DNA from: Sphyrna mokarran
Lineage: Eukaryota
DNA length: 64,000 nt
Assembly (NCBI GenBank): GCA_024679065.1
Contig: JAGIQG010000009.1
Location: 102,114,001 to 102,178,000 of the forward strand
Direction of reading: 5' to 3'
Shown here: positions 1 through 13,200 of the stretch, one piece after another
Position numbering within the stretch: position 1 is the stretch's first letter
Layout of the letters: every line of letters begins with the position of its first letter
Position numbers and translations under genes: made by a program
The notes under the pieces: model-generated
What the model saw: only the letters and a program-made list of their open reading frames with translations
Databases searched by the model: none
What the model was told of the DNA's origin: nothing

Positions 1-1015
1 TCAGGTAGAGAAGAGCTGGGGGAGAAGGGAGGGGTGGGGGGGGCAGCTGGCTGGGTAATATGATGTTTCGGAGAGTAAGTGAGGATTAAATAGCCTCCTT
101 CTGAGCTGTAGGGATTCTTTTCAATAATTCTTCTTCAGAGCAAAGAATCAGAGACTGGAAACCTTAACCTTGCTGCTCTCTCACAGATGCTACCAGACTA
201 CTGCATTATCCCAGCACTTTGTATTCATCTCACATTTCCAGAATCGGCAAGACTTCGCTTTAGTTACAATAAATGCAAGATGGCTACTAATAAATCCAAT
301 TGAGAAATAAGAGGAAATTTTTTTCTTGCGAAGCTGTTGAGTCAAAGAGCTTGGATGCTATAAAAATGAAATTAGACATGCTAAGAAAGGATGGAAATGA
401 AGAATATGCAAAATGTTGAAATGGGGTAGATGGGATGGAAGGAGGCTCATGTAAAATATAAACACTAGCTCAAACTAGCTGGGCCAAATGGTCTCTCACA
501 ATTCTGCATATGCTATGTATTTTCTGAGTTCTTAAACTGAGGCTGTTGATAGTATGGTGGATAACATGAGAGACAGATATGCTGGCATTTAGTCGCACAG
601 TGGTCAGAAGGTTGGAGAACTTGCCTAACTTCCTGTGTAATCTCACAGGAAGTAAAGCGAACCACTACAATCTCCAAAGAGACAAAGCATCATTCCAGCA
701 TTCTTGCACCTTAGTTTCATTGATTTAAAATTATATTTTGGAATTTGGGTCCCAAAGGCAAAATAGGCATTGGTTTCCCTTAAGCAGGGCCACCTTCTTG
801 GATCCTTGCAGTCAACATGATGAAGGAGCTCTCATAGAGTCAGGGAGTGCTAACATTTTGACTGAATCACGATGAAGAATAATATAGGATAGGGTGTGAA
901 CTGACCTGTCGCTGATCCTCTGGTAGTCCTATTTTGGGCAGAAGTTTAATTTGCCTCAAGTTGCTATGTAATTCCCATACTTCAGTGGCTGCCTGTCCAA
1001 TTACTTTAAAGTTCA

Positions 1016-1297
1016 GTCATTAGTGTCACAAACAGGCTTTCATTAGCACTGCAATGAACTTATTGTGAAAATCTGCAGTAGCTAGCAACATTTCAGGTAC
1101 ACTGAGGGAGAATTTAGCATGACCAATGCACCCTAACCAGCACATCTTTTGGATTGTGGGAGGAAACTGAAACTCATGCAGGAAACCCATGCAGACACAG
1201 GAAGTGTGTGCAAACTCCACACAGACAGTGACACTGAGCCAGGAATTGAACCCAGGTCCCTGGTGTTGTGAGGCAACAGTGCTAACCATTGTGTCAT
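1016..1297 (-). mobile_element. tRNA-derived V-SINE
   Basis: A/B-box head (GGTTAGCAC, GGTTCAATTCC) plus V-domain GTGGAGTTTGCAC...TTTCCTCCCACA. Confidence 0.85.
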
Positions 1298-4224
1298 TGT
1301 GACTTGCAGTGTTTTGGTACCACATCACTATCCTGGGTTCTCTGCCCAAAAGCAGGTCCTTGAAGATTTATTTGGTGAAGCATGGATGTACATTTGCTGT
1401 GACTTTCTTTAACCCACGGACATGGTGAGAATGTAATTTCCCAGTTTACCTTAGCCAGGAGGAACTCAAATCCCATGTTTCTGGCATGAATCAGAACGTC
1501 CCTTTAAAAATCTAGCCAATTTAACCAGTCCCCTAGTGTTTTGGTTCAACTTTTCAAATGGAAATTATTTTGTTTGGAATTGAATTTAGGTAATTTCTTT
1601 GGCTTTTCTTCATCATTTACAAGAAAATTTTGAAAACTTCAATATCCTTTTTTGTGTCAAGAAAACCTCAAAGAATCTACATATTCACAACTCATTATTT
1701 TATCAAAAAGGTTGCAATCTCACTCAGAACGTAGTCCTGCTCCACACTGAAATCCAGATTTATTGCATCAATTTCCATCATCATCTATTTTTCTACTGTG
1801 AGAAACTGGGATACTTTTTCTTGATAATTTTCATTTTAATTTATCATAAAATTAAAGAGGAGCTGCTAGTTGTTTTGTGTTTCCGTTAGATACGTTTATT
1901 TGAGAAGGTTTCTTTGGCTTACTTGCTCGACACGTCTCAGTCAAGACCTGCTTGCAATAAAGTCTATCTTCTCTTATGTGTGGCTTCCTGTCCACTTAAC
2001 CACCAAAGTCAAGACCATGGACATTAATTTGGGCTCTATGGAGCAGGAAACTGCAAGGTAGAGATGCAGAGCAGAGAACTGTGCAGTACAGTTGCCTTCA
2101 ACAGCTATTATTCAATTCTAAATACTCCACAATTGGCAGCCAATGCCTTCAGGGCATTGTAGCATTGGCAATGCTTCAGAAATACTTAATTGACTGCAAA
2201 GTATTTTAGGACTTTTAAACTTTAAGGGGCTAAAGTGATCAAGGGATACGCTGGAGGGAAGATGGGATCAGGATATTGAATTTGATGATCAGCCATGATC
2301 AAAATGAATAGTGGATCAGGCTCGGAAGGCCAAATGGCCTATTCCTGCTTCTAGTTTCTATGTTTCCATGTCATAAAAGGCGCTATTTAAATGCATTCAT
2401 TCCCTCCATTGCCAATGTACCCTGGCAGCATTATGCACTGTGCTCAGGATGCACTGCAGCAATTTGCAAGCCTCCTTTGGCAACACTTTCCAAATCTGTG
2501 TCCATTAACTCTAGAAGGACAAGGGCAGCAAGTTCATGGGAACACCACCACTTGCAAGTTCCCCTCTGAGTCATTCACCATCCTGACTTGGAAATATATC
2601 ACCATTCCGTCACTGTCGTTGGGTCAAAATCCAGGCACTCCCTTCCTGACAGCACTGTGGGTGTACCTATATCACATTGACTGCAATGCTTCAAGAAGGT
2701 GATTCACCATCACTTTCCCAAGAACAAATAGGAATAGTCAAACCCACTCACATCCCATGAAAGAGTAGAAAATAATCCTTTTTTTGAAAGGATTTCTCAT
2801 AACATACCTCTTTGACTCAACTTTTGTTCACCTGCCCCAATATCTCCAATTGTCTGGATGTCAAATTTAATTAGATAGACGCCATCTGAAGTCATTGAGG
2901 CCATTTTACTGTGTTAAAGACAGGTATTAATGCACATTGTTAAAGATGGATTTATACAGCTGAATCCATTGCGACACAAGAATTTGCTTTTGAAATTCAT
3001 TAAAAGGTCAATCAAAAATAAGATCGAAACCATGACTTATAAACTAAAACTGCACATATTGCCAAAGATTAGTTGATGTTTTATTTACATTTAACTTCCT
3101 ATGGGTATAATTTCCTGTCAGAATTGGGGTTAGCAGCACAGGGAATTAGAATTTGTTTCCATGCAATACTTTCCCTCACACTCCAAACCGTTAACATGAA
3201 AATTACAGCTCAGTTCACATTTGACTGTTACTCAAAAATAAAATCCATCACACAATGAGCACAGCGGTTGTGAGTGTCGCTTTCATGTTCAAAATTATGA
3301 GGGGAAGAGATAGTGTGGACAGAAGAAAATTGTTTCCCTTGATGGAGAATTCTAGAACCAGGGGACATAGATACAAATAAAGTGGCTATAGGTGTAGAGG
3401 GGACAGGGAGAAGAATCTTTTCATGCAAACGATGTCTAAAATTTTCTGCTGGAGTTGGTGATGGAGGCAAAGACCTGAACTCTTTTAAAAAGTACCTGAA
3501 TCTTCACTTGACTGCTGTAAGTTACAGTGCTATGGGCCAGGTGCAGGAAAGTAGGATAGAAAAGACACCTGGGTGTCCTTGGGCTGATATGAACAAAATG
3601 GGCTGAATGGTCTCCTTCTGTGCTGTAACATTTCTGTGATTCTCCAGCTATTAAGATCTCACCATGGGAAATTATCTCATTCTAATTCTGTTAACAAACT
3701 TTTTGCAAAATATTTTTATTCTCCATTTTACTTATTTTCCTCAAGTGGAAATGAATTCATGTAAAAAAGTATGAGACCTTTTCTTTAATATAGATTCTAT
3801 TACATAGGAACATGTCATTTGATCAAACTGGTCCAATACATCCCAGTGTTTCTACACTGCACAAACATTCTGTGCTCTCATTATCTTTTCTTACCTTCCC
3901 TGCCCTTTTCTTGCCTGTGAGAAGCTGGCTTCCCCTAAAAAGCTTCACCATAGCCATTAGATATGACACCAACTTCCACAATCTCCATAAAATACTGTCT
4001 CAGTTCTATATTTGACTTGGTTTTATTGATAATCTTATATTATTCCACTTGTTCTGGACTCAATTACAGTCACACACTTGAAAGAGATTAACTGCTAATG
4101 AAATGTTTTGTTTAAGCAGATTTAAGTTCTATTTGCAAAGCTATTGCTGATCAAAGAACAGGAAACTATCCCCAGTAATAGGTTTGAAGAAAATGATTCG
4201 ATTTTATACTTTCATTATATAAGC

Positions 4225-4867
4225 TGTTGTTGTGGTCTTTGATGTTCACCCTTTTACTTTGCATACTTCAAGTAACCAGACCAAGTCACAGAGTTCTCTT
4301 AAACAGCTGTTTTTAATTCAAACTATACTGCAAAGATGCTGGAAAGTCACAGGGCAGAGCCAGTAACTAGCCAGAATCCAGAATTCAAGAATAGATGAGC
4401 AGTTATAGTTTCAAATTCAATTACAAATAATTGACAAATACCAATCAAGATTTAGGAGTTTTATGAATAGCTATTGATTAAGGTTACATCATTCATAAGG
4501 TACAGATATTAACACCGATCTCAATCACTTCATGCTTGCTTAATTATAACATCCAATCAGTGTAAAGATTTAATCATATTAGCTGACCTAATCATCATTG
4601 TTGCAAGTTATCATTGATGTCCCAGTTTTGTTGGTCTCTATGATTACAATTCCTGCCCCCAGTGCCAGATACCTGGTTTATGAATTCTCTCAGACTAAAG
4701 GCCTTATTATGAAGAAAGGTCTATGAAGATGACTTCTATAAAGCCCTCTTTTCTTTTTCCCCACAGAGCAGTTTGTGATTTTTAAATGTGATTTTCTTTC
4801 AATCAGGATAGGCCATCTGGCTCTGCTCAGAGTAGATTTTAAGGTTCTCACTGAGATATGGACTACA
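4225..4867. mobile_element. Probable solo LTR; a related copy (32287-35664) is the target of the Tx1 insertion
   Basis: Shared AGAGTTCTCTTAAACAG and ATCCAATCAGT blocks; TGTTG...CTACA ends. Confidence 0.4.
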
Positions 4868-6261
4868 TTCTGACCCAAATCGAGTTGGATGTCCTGACTG
4901 GGATGCTGCTTAGAAAGTCTGGCTGATTAGAGGCTCTGTCCATGGTAATGGTTAACTGAGGCTCTGATTGGGATACCAGTCAGAGATTCTGGTTGGGATG
5001 TGAGGCACAACTTTGATTTGCTGTGGAACTCAATATGGGATTCTTGTTTGGAAACATGGGACTGAATTTTACATGGGGGGAATCGGTAGGCCCAACTCCT
5101 GGCCTAAAGATCAGGAGTGAGCCTGCCGTGCCTAACCTGCTTACCCCCTCAGACATTTTACAGTTTTCAGGCCACTGTTTGACTTGAGGCAAGTTTTCGA
5201 TCCCCAGTGGACTGTAAACTTCATCTCTGAGAGCTGCAGCCAATCAAATGATGGGAAGCGCTGCTGGACAAGCAGCGTCATCGGGGGCCGTGGCCAGTAC
5301 TGAGATTTCAGGCAGTTTGAAAGAAAAGGAATCATGGATTCGGGAAAGCAGCGAGTCTGAAGTCCTGCCAGGTTGGCAATTGACAAGAGAAGAGGAAAAT
5401 GTGGGGGTTGGAAATAGTGGAGGAAATAGGGATAGGGCCTCTGAACCAGGAACACCACCCACTCAAGCCAACAGTGATACCATCAGCTTTCACCTGACTG
5501 CTAGATGATTAATGCTGGGTTCCCACAACACTGCAAAAAATATCCCAGTGGGAGAGGTCCCTCAGCCACTTAAGGTCCTCACTTAGCCCATGCAAGGGCA
5601 ATTAAGTTAACGAATGCCTCATAGTGGTTATAGTACCTGTAGGGGAAAGATTGGTAGATGATGAATTCTGTGCCATCTCCACCCTCCCCAATTTTACACT
5701 GCACACGCTTGCCACCGCAACCCTGGGAAGTGTAAAATCCTGGGCATTGTGTTTGACCCTTGCTGATTGCGATTTCGCAACAGTTCATTGCCCCAGTTGC
5801 AGTAACTGCAAAATAACTGCAAGAACAAATTCCTCCAAGCATCGTTTTCACAGTGTTTTTAGGATTTAAGAAATTCCTTCCCAGGAAAGTAGTATTCAGC
5901 CAGGCCTTAAGTATTCTAAAACTTGAGGTAGGCATTTATTTAACTCAAGGAAGAGAAAAAAAAATATATTGCCTTTTCTGAACTTGAGTTGTGGAAAAGA
6001 ATTTCACAGTTAGCTCAATATGTTATAAGTGTGATAGCAACATAGCAGCAGGAGTCGGCCTATTCCGCACCTCCAGCCTGCTCTGAAATGTAACTAGAAC
6101 AAGGCTGATTCTTTCCATCATCACACAATATCCCCACATCCGTTAATGTCATTGGTGTCAACAAATCTCTCAACCTCTGCTTTGAATGTACTCAGCGACT
6201 GAGGCTCCAGAGGCCTCTAGGACAGAGAATTAGCTTGGTCCTGTGCGGCCTACCTTTTAGA

Positions 6262-6545
6262 GTCCCTACAATATAGAAAGAAGCCCATCGAGTCTGCACC
6301 AACTTTCTGACAGAGAATCTTATCCAGCCCTCTCCCCTGGCCTAAGCCCATAACCCTACACATTTACCATGACTAATCAACCAAAACTGCACATTGCTGA
6401 ATTGTGGAATGAAACTGGGGCACTCAGAGGAAACCCATGCAGACATGGTGAGAACATGTAGCCTCTGTACGGACAGTCACCCAAGGCTGGAATCGAACCC
6501 AGGGCCTTGGAGCTGTGCTAACCACTCTTCCACCATGCCATGCTG
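6262..6545 (-). mobile_element. V-SINE (HE1-like)
   Basis: Same head and core with a CR1-type tail. Confidence 0.7.
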
Positions 6546-7674
6546 AGACTGTGTCCTCTCAACCACGGAAACATCCTTCCTGCATCTACCCTATCACACT
6601 CTGTAAGGATGTTGTACACATCAGTGATGTCAGCTCCTATTCTTGTACACTCAAAAGAGTACAAAGAATAAAAAACTCAATAATCTTTCAGTGGTTGAGG
6701 CAGGTACAATAGCGATAGTTAAAAAGTGTTTGGATAAATACATGGATGGGAAAGGATTAGAGGGATGTGAGCAATTGTGACTAGCTGCGAGTGTACTATG
6801 GTCAGCATGGATTAGTCAGACCTCTTCTCGTGCTGTATTGTTCTATCGCTTATATTGTAGCAAGACAGCAAATACAACACACAGCAAACTTCCAGAACAG
6901 TCGGTGAGATAAGTTATTTTCATTGACATTGAATGAGGAATAAATACTGACCGGAGAACTCCAATCTCTTCTCCCTAAATAGTGTAGCAGGATCTCAGAG
7001 TGCACACAATATTGGTCTCACCAATGATCAGGTATGGGGAGTTTCTGGTCGAGTCCCATCAAATGCATTGCCATTATTGAGGCTTTTACCGAGGATCCAT
7101 GTGAGATACAAGAGCAGCGAGGTGTCTGGGGTTTTCACACTTAGAGATTGGGCTGCATGAAGCGGCTGTACACAGGAAGCAGTCTGTGGCTCTTGCTGCG
7201 GTTATTGGTGCAGTAAGTGGAACTGCTCCAAGCGAAGGCTGCAGTCTTTAAACGTTACACATCAACAAGAGGCCAATTTCTAATGCAAACTGTGTGGGCA
7301 AGTTAACAACGTACAGTTGTGCAATGGTGCTGTTTTTATGGCAAGTGGAAGGTATCAGTCTTTGCTTCGAATGTTGTGGGTTTGCATTCTATGCCAGATA
7401 AATAATCAGACATTGTCCAGGAAGAAATGAGAGAAAGATGACTCTAAGAGACACCACTCCAAAACAAGCCAGGGGCAGGCAAGGAGAAAAGCACCCTTGA
7501 ACTGCTGCAGCTGGTTTGGAGATTAAACTCAATCCAGGGACCTGAGCACAATTTCTAATCCGATTCTTCCAGTGTGGAGGTGTCATCCTTCAGATATGAT
7601 GTTTAGCTGAATTCTCAGGTCACATTGCTTCCTGATGAACTGGCCACTGTTTTTCTCCAATCAGCAGGTTTCAG

Positions 7675-8005
7675 AACCATAGAATCCCTACAGCACAGGT
7701 AGTGGCCTTTCGGCCCATCAAACCTGCTCTAACTCTGAAAGAGCATCTCAGACAGATCCACTTCTCCCTCTCCCTGTAACTCTGCACATTTACCATGGCT
7801 AATCCATCTAACCAACACATCCCTGACACTGAAGGGCAATTTTGCATGGCCACATGACCTAATCTGCAATTCTTTGGAATGTGTGGGAAAACTGGAGCAT
7901 CCAGAGGAAATCCTACAGACATGAGGAGAACGTGCAAACTCCACACAGGGTCAAGACTCCAATCGAACCCAGATCCTTGGCATACAGGCTAACCACTGTA
8001 CCATC
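7675..8005 (-). mobile_element. V-SINE (HE1-like)
   Basis: Same head and core with GGGATTCTATG tail. Confidence 0.8.
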
Positions 8006-8089
8006 AGAGTAGTAGGACCCTGGATGTAGTGATCTCAGGATTACTGCCAGTGCCACACGCTAGCAATAGCAGAAATAAGAGGATAAATC

Positions 8090-10550
8090 AGATGAATGTG
8101 TGGCTGGAGAAATAGTGTCCCAGTGGATTTAGATCCATGCAGCATTAGGAAAGATCTGGGGAAGGTGTACAATTTGGGCAGGTTACATCTGGGCAGAGTT
8201 AGAACTGATATCCTCACGGGGGGTTTTGCTAATTCCATTAGGAAGGTTTTAATCTTGTATGGCAGGGGGGAATGTGAACCAAAGAGTAGACTTAGATGGT
8301 TCAGAGTCAGATCAGGAAACAAGAGGTAGAGTATTAGTAAATAATATAGTCAGCCAGACAAACAAAACAAGTGTTAAAAAGCATCCAGTAATGGAAATTG
8401 AGGGGGTTGAACTATTTATAATTCAATGCAAGATAGATTAGAAATTAGGAAGACAGACTAAGGATAGACACAGATAGACACCTGGCAGCATGATGTCATT
8501 GCTATAATAGAAACCTGGCTAAAGGAGGTAACACAATGAGCAGCTCGATATCTCTGTGTGGAAAAACAATAAGTGGATAGCATCATTAGTTAAATAACCA
8601 GTTATAGTTGTGTACTAAATGGGTTAACAAATGAAGCTTTATGGGCTGAGTTTAGGAATAAAACAGGAGCAAGCCCACTACTAGAATTAGACTACAAATG
8701 CCCAAATAGTGAAAGGGAGATAGAAGAACAAAAACGTACTCAAGAATAAGAAAGCAATAGTAGGAGACTTTAACTATTCCAATATCAACTGGCTTTCAAA
8801 CAACATAAGGAGCACTGAGAATGAAAAATATGTGTACTATGTTCAGGAGTCTTTTTAATCAATATGACAAGTCTGACATGAGGAGACGCAATTCTGGATT
8901 TAGTCTTGGGAATTGAAGATGGACAAGTGGGTGAACAGACAACAGGCAATCATATTGGGGATCATGACCACAATTCCATTATATTTAGTATTATTGTTAA
9001 AAAGGACAAGGATAATTTAGGAGTAAATATTTTAAACTAGGGGAAGGCAAGTTTTACAAAACTAAGAAATGATTTGGACAAAACTGCTATAGGACAGATC
9101 AGTGGTAAGCACTAATAAGCGGATCTTTAGGGTACAAAGCAGGCACGTCTCTTCCAAGAATATGAATGGTACTGTCAAATCTAGAAAAACAGAGAGGAAT
9201 ATTAAACAGAAAAAGAAAGCTTATGATAGTCACAAAAAACTCAACACTGCAGATAGCCTGGAGGAGTTTGCAAAGTATAGGCATCAATACAAAGAAGAAA
9301 TAAGGAAATCAAAGTGAGGGCACAATAAAATATTAGCAAGCAAGACTAAGAAAAACACAAAGATGTTTTACTGTTACGTAAAGAGCAAAAGAATGGTTAA
9401 GGAAAAAATGGGACCTATCAGAGAGATGAAGGGTTCTTGTGTGAAAATGCAAAATGTAAGGGAAGAACTTTAAATGAATTTTTGTCTGCATGTTCACAAA
9501 GGAAAGGGATGTTACAGTAATCCAAGAGGGGCAGTGTGAAATATTGGATAAAATAACCATCACAAGACAGGAAGTGTTAGAGGAGTTGGAATCCTTAAAA
9601 CTGGATTAGGACAGGATGGATTGGTCCCTATGATATTACAAGATACCAGCAGGAAATACCAAATGCTCTGAGGATTATTTTCCAATCATCACATCAGTTC
9701 CAAAGGAGGAATGCAAATGTGGTTCCATTGTTTAAACATAGTACAAAGGAAATGCTAAACAATTAGAGGGAGTTAGTCTAACTTTGGTAGTGGAAAAATT
9801 ATTAGAATCAATCCTAAGTGATTGGATAAATTGACATGTATTGTGTGCAGTTCTGGTCACCACATTACAGGAAGGATGGAATTGCTCTGGAGAGAGTGCA
9901 GAGTAGATTTACTAGAATGTTGTCAGTGTTGGGCAGTTGTCACTATGAGGTGAGAGTGGGGTTGTTTTCCTTGGAACGGAGAAGGCTGAGGGATGACATG
10001 ATTGAAGTATACACAATTCTGAGAGGTTGGAGAGAGTAGAGAAGGGGAAACTGTTTCCCTGGGCAGAGGGTTCAAAAACCAGAGATCATAGATTCAAGCC
10101 AAGTGGCAGGAGAATTAGAGGGGACACGAGAAAAAACTTTTACACATAGGATGGTGGGTGTCTGGAATTTGCTACCTGAGTTGGTGGAGGTAGAGACCTT
10201 AAAGTCTTTTAAAAAAAAGTCTCACAACACCAGGTTAAATCCAACAAATTTATTTAGAATTATGAGCTTTCGGAACACTGCTCTTTCATTAGGCAAGCAG
10301 CCACTCATCTGATGAAGGGGCAGCACTCCGAACACTCATGATTCCAAATAAGCTTGTTGGACTTTAACCTGGGTTGTGAGACTCCTTACTATGCCCACCA
10401 TAGTCCAAAACCAGCATCTCCACATCTTTTAAAAGTGTGTTGAGTGCTGTAAGCTGCAGAGCTATGGGCTGGGTGCAGAAAGATAGGATTCAAAAGGACA
10501 CATGAACCTTGGGTCATCATGATGGGCTGAATGGCCCCTTCTATGATTCC
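8090..10550 (+). mobile_element. Old degraded CR1 LINE (esterase, endonuclease and RT remnants)
   Basis: LHLGRVRTDIL, ETWL and GDFN-like remnants; YCVQFWSPHYRKD; LFSLERRRLR. Confidence 0.8.
10218..10425. mobile_element. Short Penelope-terminus fold-back inserted in a CR1
   Basis: AGTCTCACAACACCAGGTTAAATCCAACA and its reverse complement; degenerate CTGATGA...GAAC core. Confidence 0.75.
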
Positions 10551-10686
10551 AGGTAAAGTTGCTGTAGTCCCAAATGACTATAGGCTGCTCTCCAGCCATT
10601 CAGCCAACAGAGCTAAATCAACCCTACTGCTAAGTCTCTGTTCATTATATTTGCATAAATTGGTTGCTGTGTCTCTTACAGTACAA

Positions 10687-11383
10687 AGTCTCACAACATC
10701 AGGTTAATGTCCAACAGGTTTATTTGGTAGTAAATGCCACTAGATTTCAGAACGCTGTTCCTTTGTCAAGTGAGTGCAGAATTTTATCCACAAACAGAGC
10801 ATATAAAGGCACACACAGTTTACAGAATATCGATTAGAATGTTAGTCTTTACACCTAACCAAGTCTTAAGGTGCAGACAATGTGAGTGAAGATCACATTA
10901 AGCATAGATTAAAGAGATGTGTATTGTCTCCAGACAGGACAGTAAGTGAGATGTTGCAAATTCAGGCAAGTCATGGGGGGTTACAGATAATGTGACATGA
11001 CATGAACTTGATTTTGGATTCATGTCACACTATCTGTAATCCCCATGACTCGTCTAACTTGCAACATCTCACTTATTGTCCTGCCTGGAGACAATACACA
11101 TTTCTTTAACCTATGCTTAATACTGCCTCCACTCACATTGTCTGCACCTTTAAGACTTAAATAGCAGATTAGTTGTAAAGACTCACATTCAAATCAGTAT
11201 TCTGTAAACAGTGTGTGCCTTTATATGCCCTGTTTGTAAGCAGAATTTTCCACTCACCTGACGAAGGAGCAGTGCTCCGAAAGCTAGTAGCGTTTATTAC
11301 CAAGTAAACCTGTTGGACTTTTAACCTGGTGTGTGAGACTTCTTACTGTGTTTACCCCAGCCTAACACTGGCATTTCTACTCA
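10687..11383. mobile_element. Non-autonomous Penelope fold-back (~320-bp inverted arms)
   Basis: Arms match the termini of 53073-55945; flanked by direct repeat TCTCTTACAGTACAA (10672-10686, 11384-11398). Confidence 0.85.
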
Positions 11384-11697
11384 TCTCTTACAGTACAACA
11401 GCTTGACAAGTGTTTAAGTTACCTACAAGGTACTTTGGAGTGGGGATGGGGAACAGTGCTCTGAGATTATAAAAAGAGTGATATAAATACAACTGAAATG
11501 CAATGAAATGAATTAGAATGTTTGGCAAGAGTGCATTAGATCAAACAGACTGCCACAAAAAGCCAACCAGCGCAATCCTTCCCTTTATTCAGCCTGAACT
11601 ACATGGCACTCGCCCCACAATAACTTGGTTTAATTTAGTTGTATCAAATCACCTAGGACAGATTAGACTCCAGGAATTAGTAGAAAAAGGACCTTTC

Positions 11698-11964
11698 TGT
11701 TTTTCGGCTTTTTGACTAAGATTAAGAATAGTATCAAAATCCTGCACTTGAGGTTACACCGAGGCTTCATTTGAAGCACTTTTTTAAAGCAACATCTAGG
11801 CTTTTTGGCTAAGCCTTGAAGAAGGTGCAATGCCCACTCCAATCAGCTTGGAAGATGTAGATCAAGCCCAGGGCAGGAGGTGGGATGCCTGTTTTATCAG
11901 CTTGGATCTGGAATGTCTCCCTTGCTGAGACTTTGATTGGATTGAATTGGATATATAAACAAAC
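11698..11964 (+). mobile_element. U2-snRNA-headed short retroposon
   Basis: 11698-11735 matches U2 nt 3-40 at 30/38 (U2 sequence from memory); non-U2 body; A-rich tail; 14-bp TSD AAAAAGGACCTTTC at 11684-11697 and 11965-11978. Confidence 0.75.
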
Positions 11965-12819
11965 AAAAAGGACCTTTCCTCACAACTGATATCATAGATG
12001 GTACCACTTTTCAGATCAGAAAAAAAGAGGAAGGACAATAAGCTCAGATCAACTTAAAGAAAATAACCTGTTCAGCAGGGAATGCTGAATTGATCTGACT
12101 AGAAAAGGAAACCTGTTCTTCTCACATGGTCTAGACTGCACGTGACTCCAGTCCCAATGGAAGTTCCCTTCTAAATGTTATCAGGACAAGACTAGAAATG
12201 GGCAATAAATTTCAGCCTTGCTAATGACCCACAATTCACAATGGTATACATTTTAAAAAAATGACCTCAGAGCCTTAGAAAATTTTTGTGGCAATTTTAA
12301 CTTGAGACTAGGATGGAAAATATTGAGCTAACCACCCATTAGATAACCACTTAATGCTCATTTCTGTTAGAAAAACAAAATTAAGGTGTGTCTATGTGCG
12401 CGTGTGTGCGCGTGCGTAATAGGAGGCAAATTTGATATGGTGCATTTTATGCAATCGCTTAAACCTTAAAATTTCTCAGGTGCTGCAACCAGCTTTGCTA
12501 AGATATTTCAACACCGTACTTAGTCAGTGTTAATTCAGAATTCAGGTCTTGAATGTAAACCAACTCATTTCCAGTTTTGTTTCTTCTTTATATTTTAGTC
12601 ACTGAGCTATGTTACAGGGATAAATCTTTTTTTTTAAAACACTTATCGAAGTTTCCTCTTCCAGAGGTACTTTTGTACCTCCTCAGTAAGATAAAAACAA
12701 CAGACACCTCACATTCTTCATTTCAAAGTTATTTTGCAACATTACTTGATGGAAATATGAGTTGGCAATGACTTAGCGAGGATGGCAGGATATTTAAGAT
12801 TGTTCAGTGGAATCAACAT

Positions 12820-13110
12820 GCATAGAATTCATACACACAGGAGGCTATTTGATCCATCAAGTCTGTACTGACACCTTTGCCATGTGCCCCCATGCACTTT
12901 AACACACTAATCCTCTAATCTACATACTAAGGGGCAATTTATCATGGCCAATCCAGCTAACCTGTACATCTTTGGAGTGTGGGAGAAACTGGAGCACCCA
13001 AAGGAAACCCATGCAGACGCGAGGAGAATGGGCCAGAGTCTGCACAAGACTAGAATCATACCTGAGATCCTGGTGCAGTGAGGCAGCAGTGCTACTTACT
13101 GTGCTGCCTG
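12820..13110 (-). mobile_element. V-SINE
   Basis: Same head and core. Confidence 0.7.
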
Positions 13111-13200
13111 TGGCTTTAACTATGCCAAAATGCAGAATAGTATCATATTTTAAAGAGAAATCACGGTTCTAATTCTGGATGTTAATGATAACAGAACTAT

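Noticed and set aside
4980-5935. Overlapping ORFs on both strands
   Set aside because: No recognisable domain or splice pattern; the region has imperfect terminal inverted repeats (GAATTTTAC...GTAAAATCC) typical of a non-autonomous DNA element
11698-11735. Functional U2 snRNA gene
   Set aside because: Only ~38 nt match, with no Sm site or 3' stem-loops, and it is flanked by TSDs
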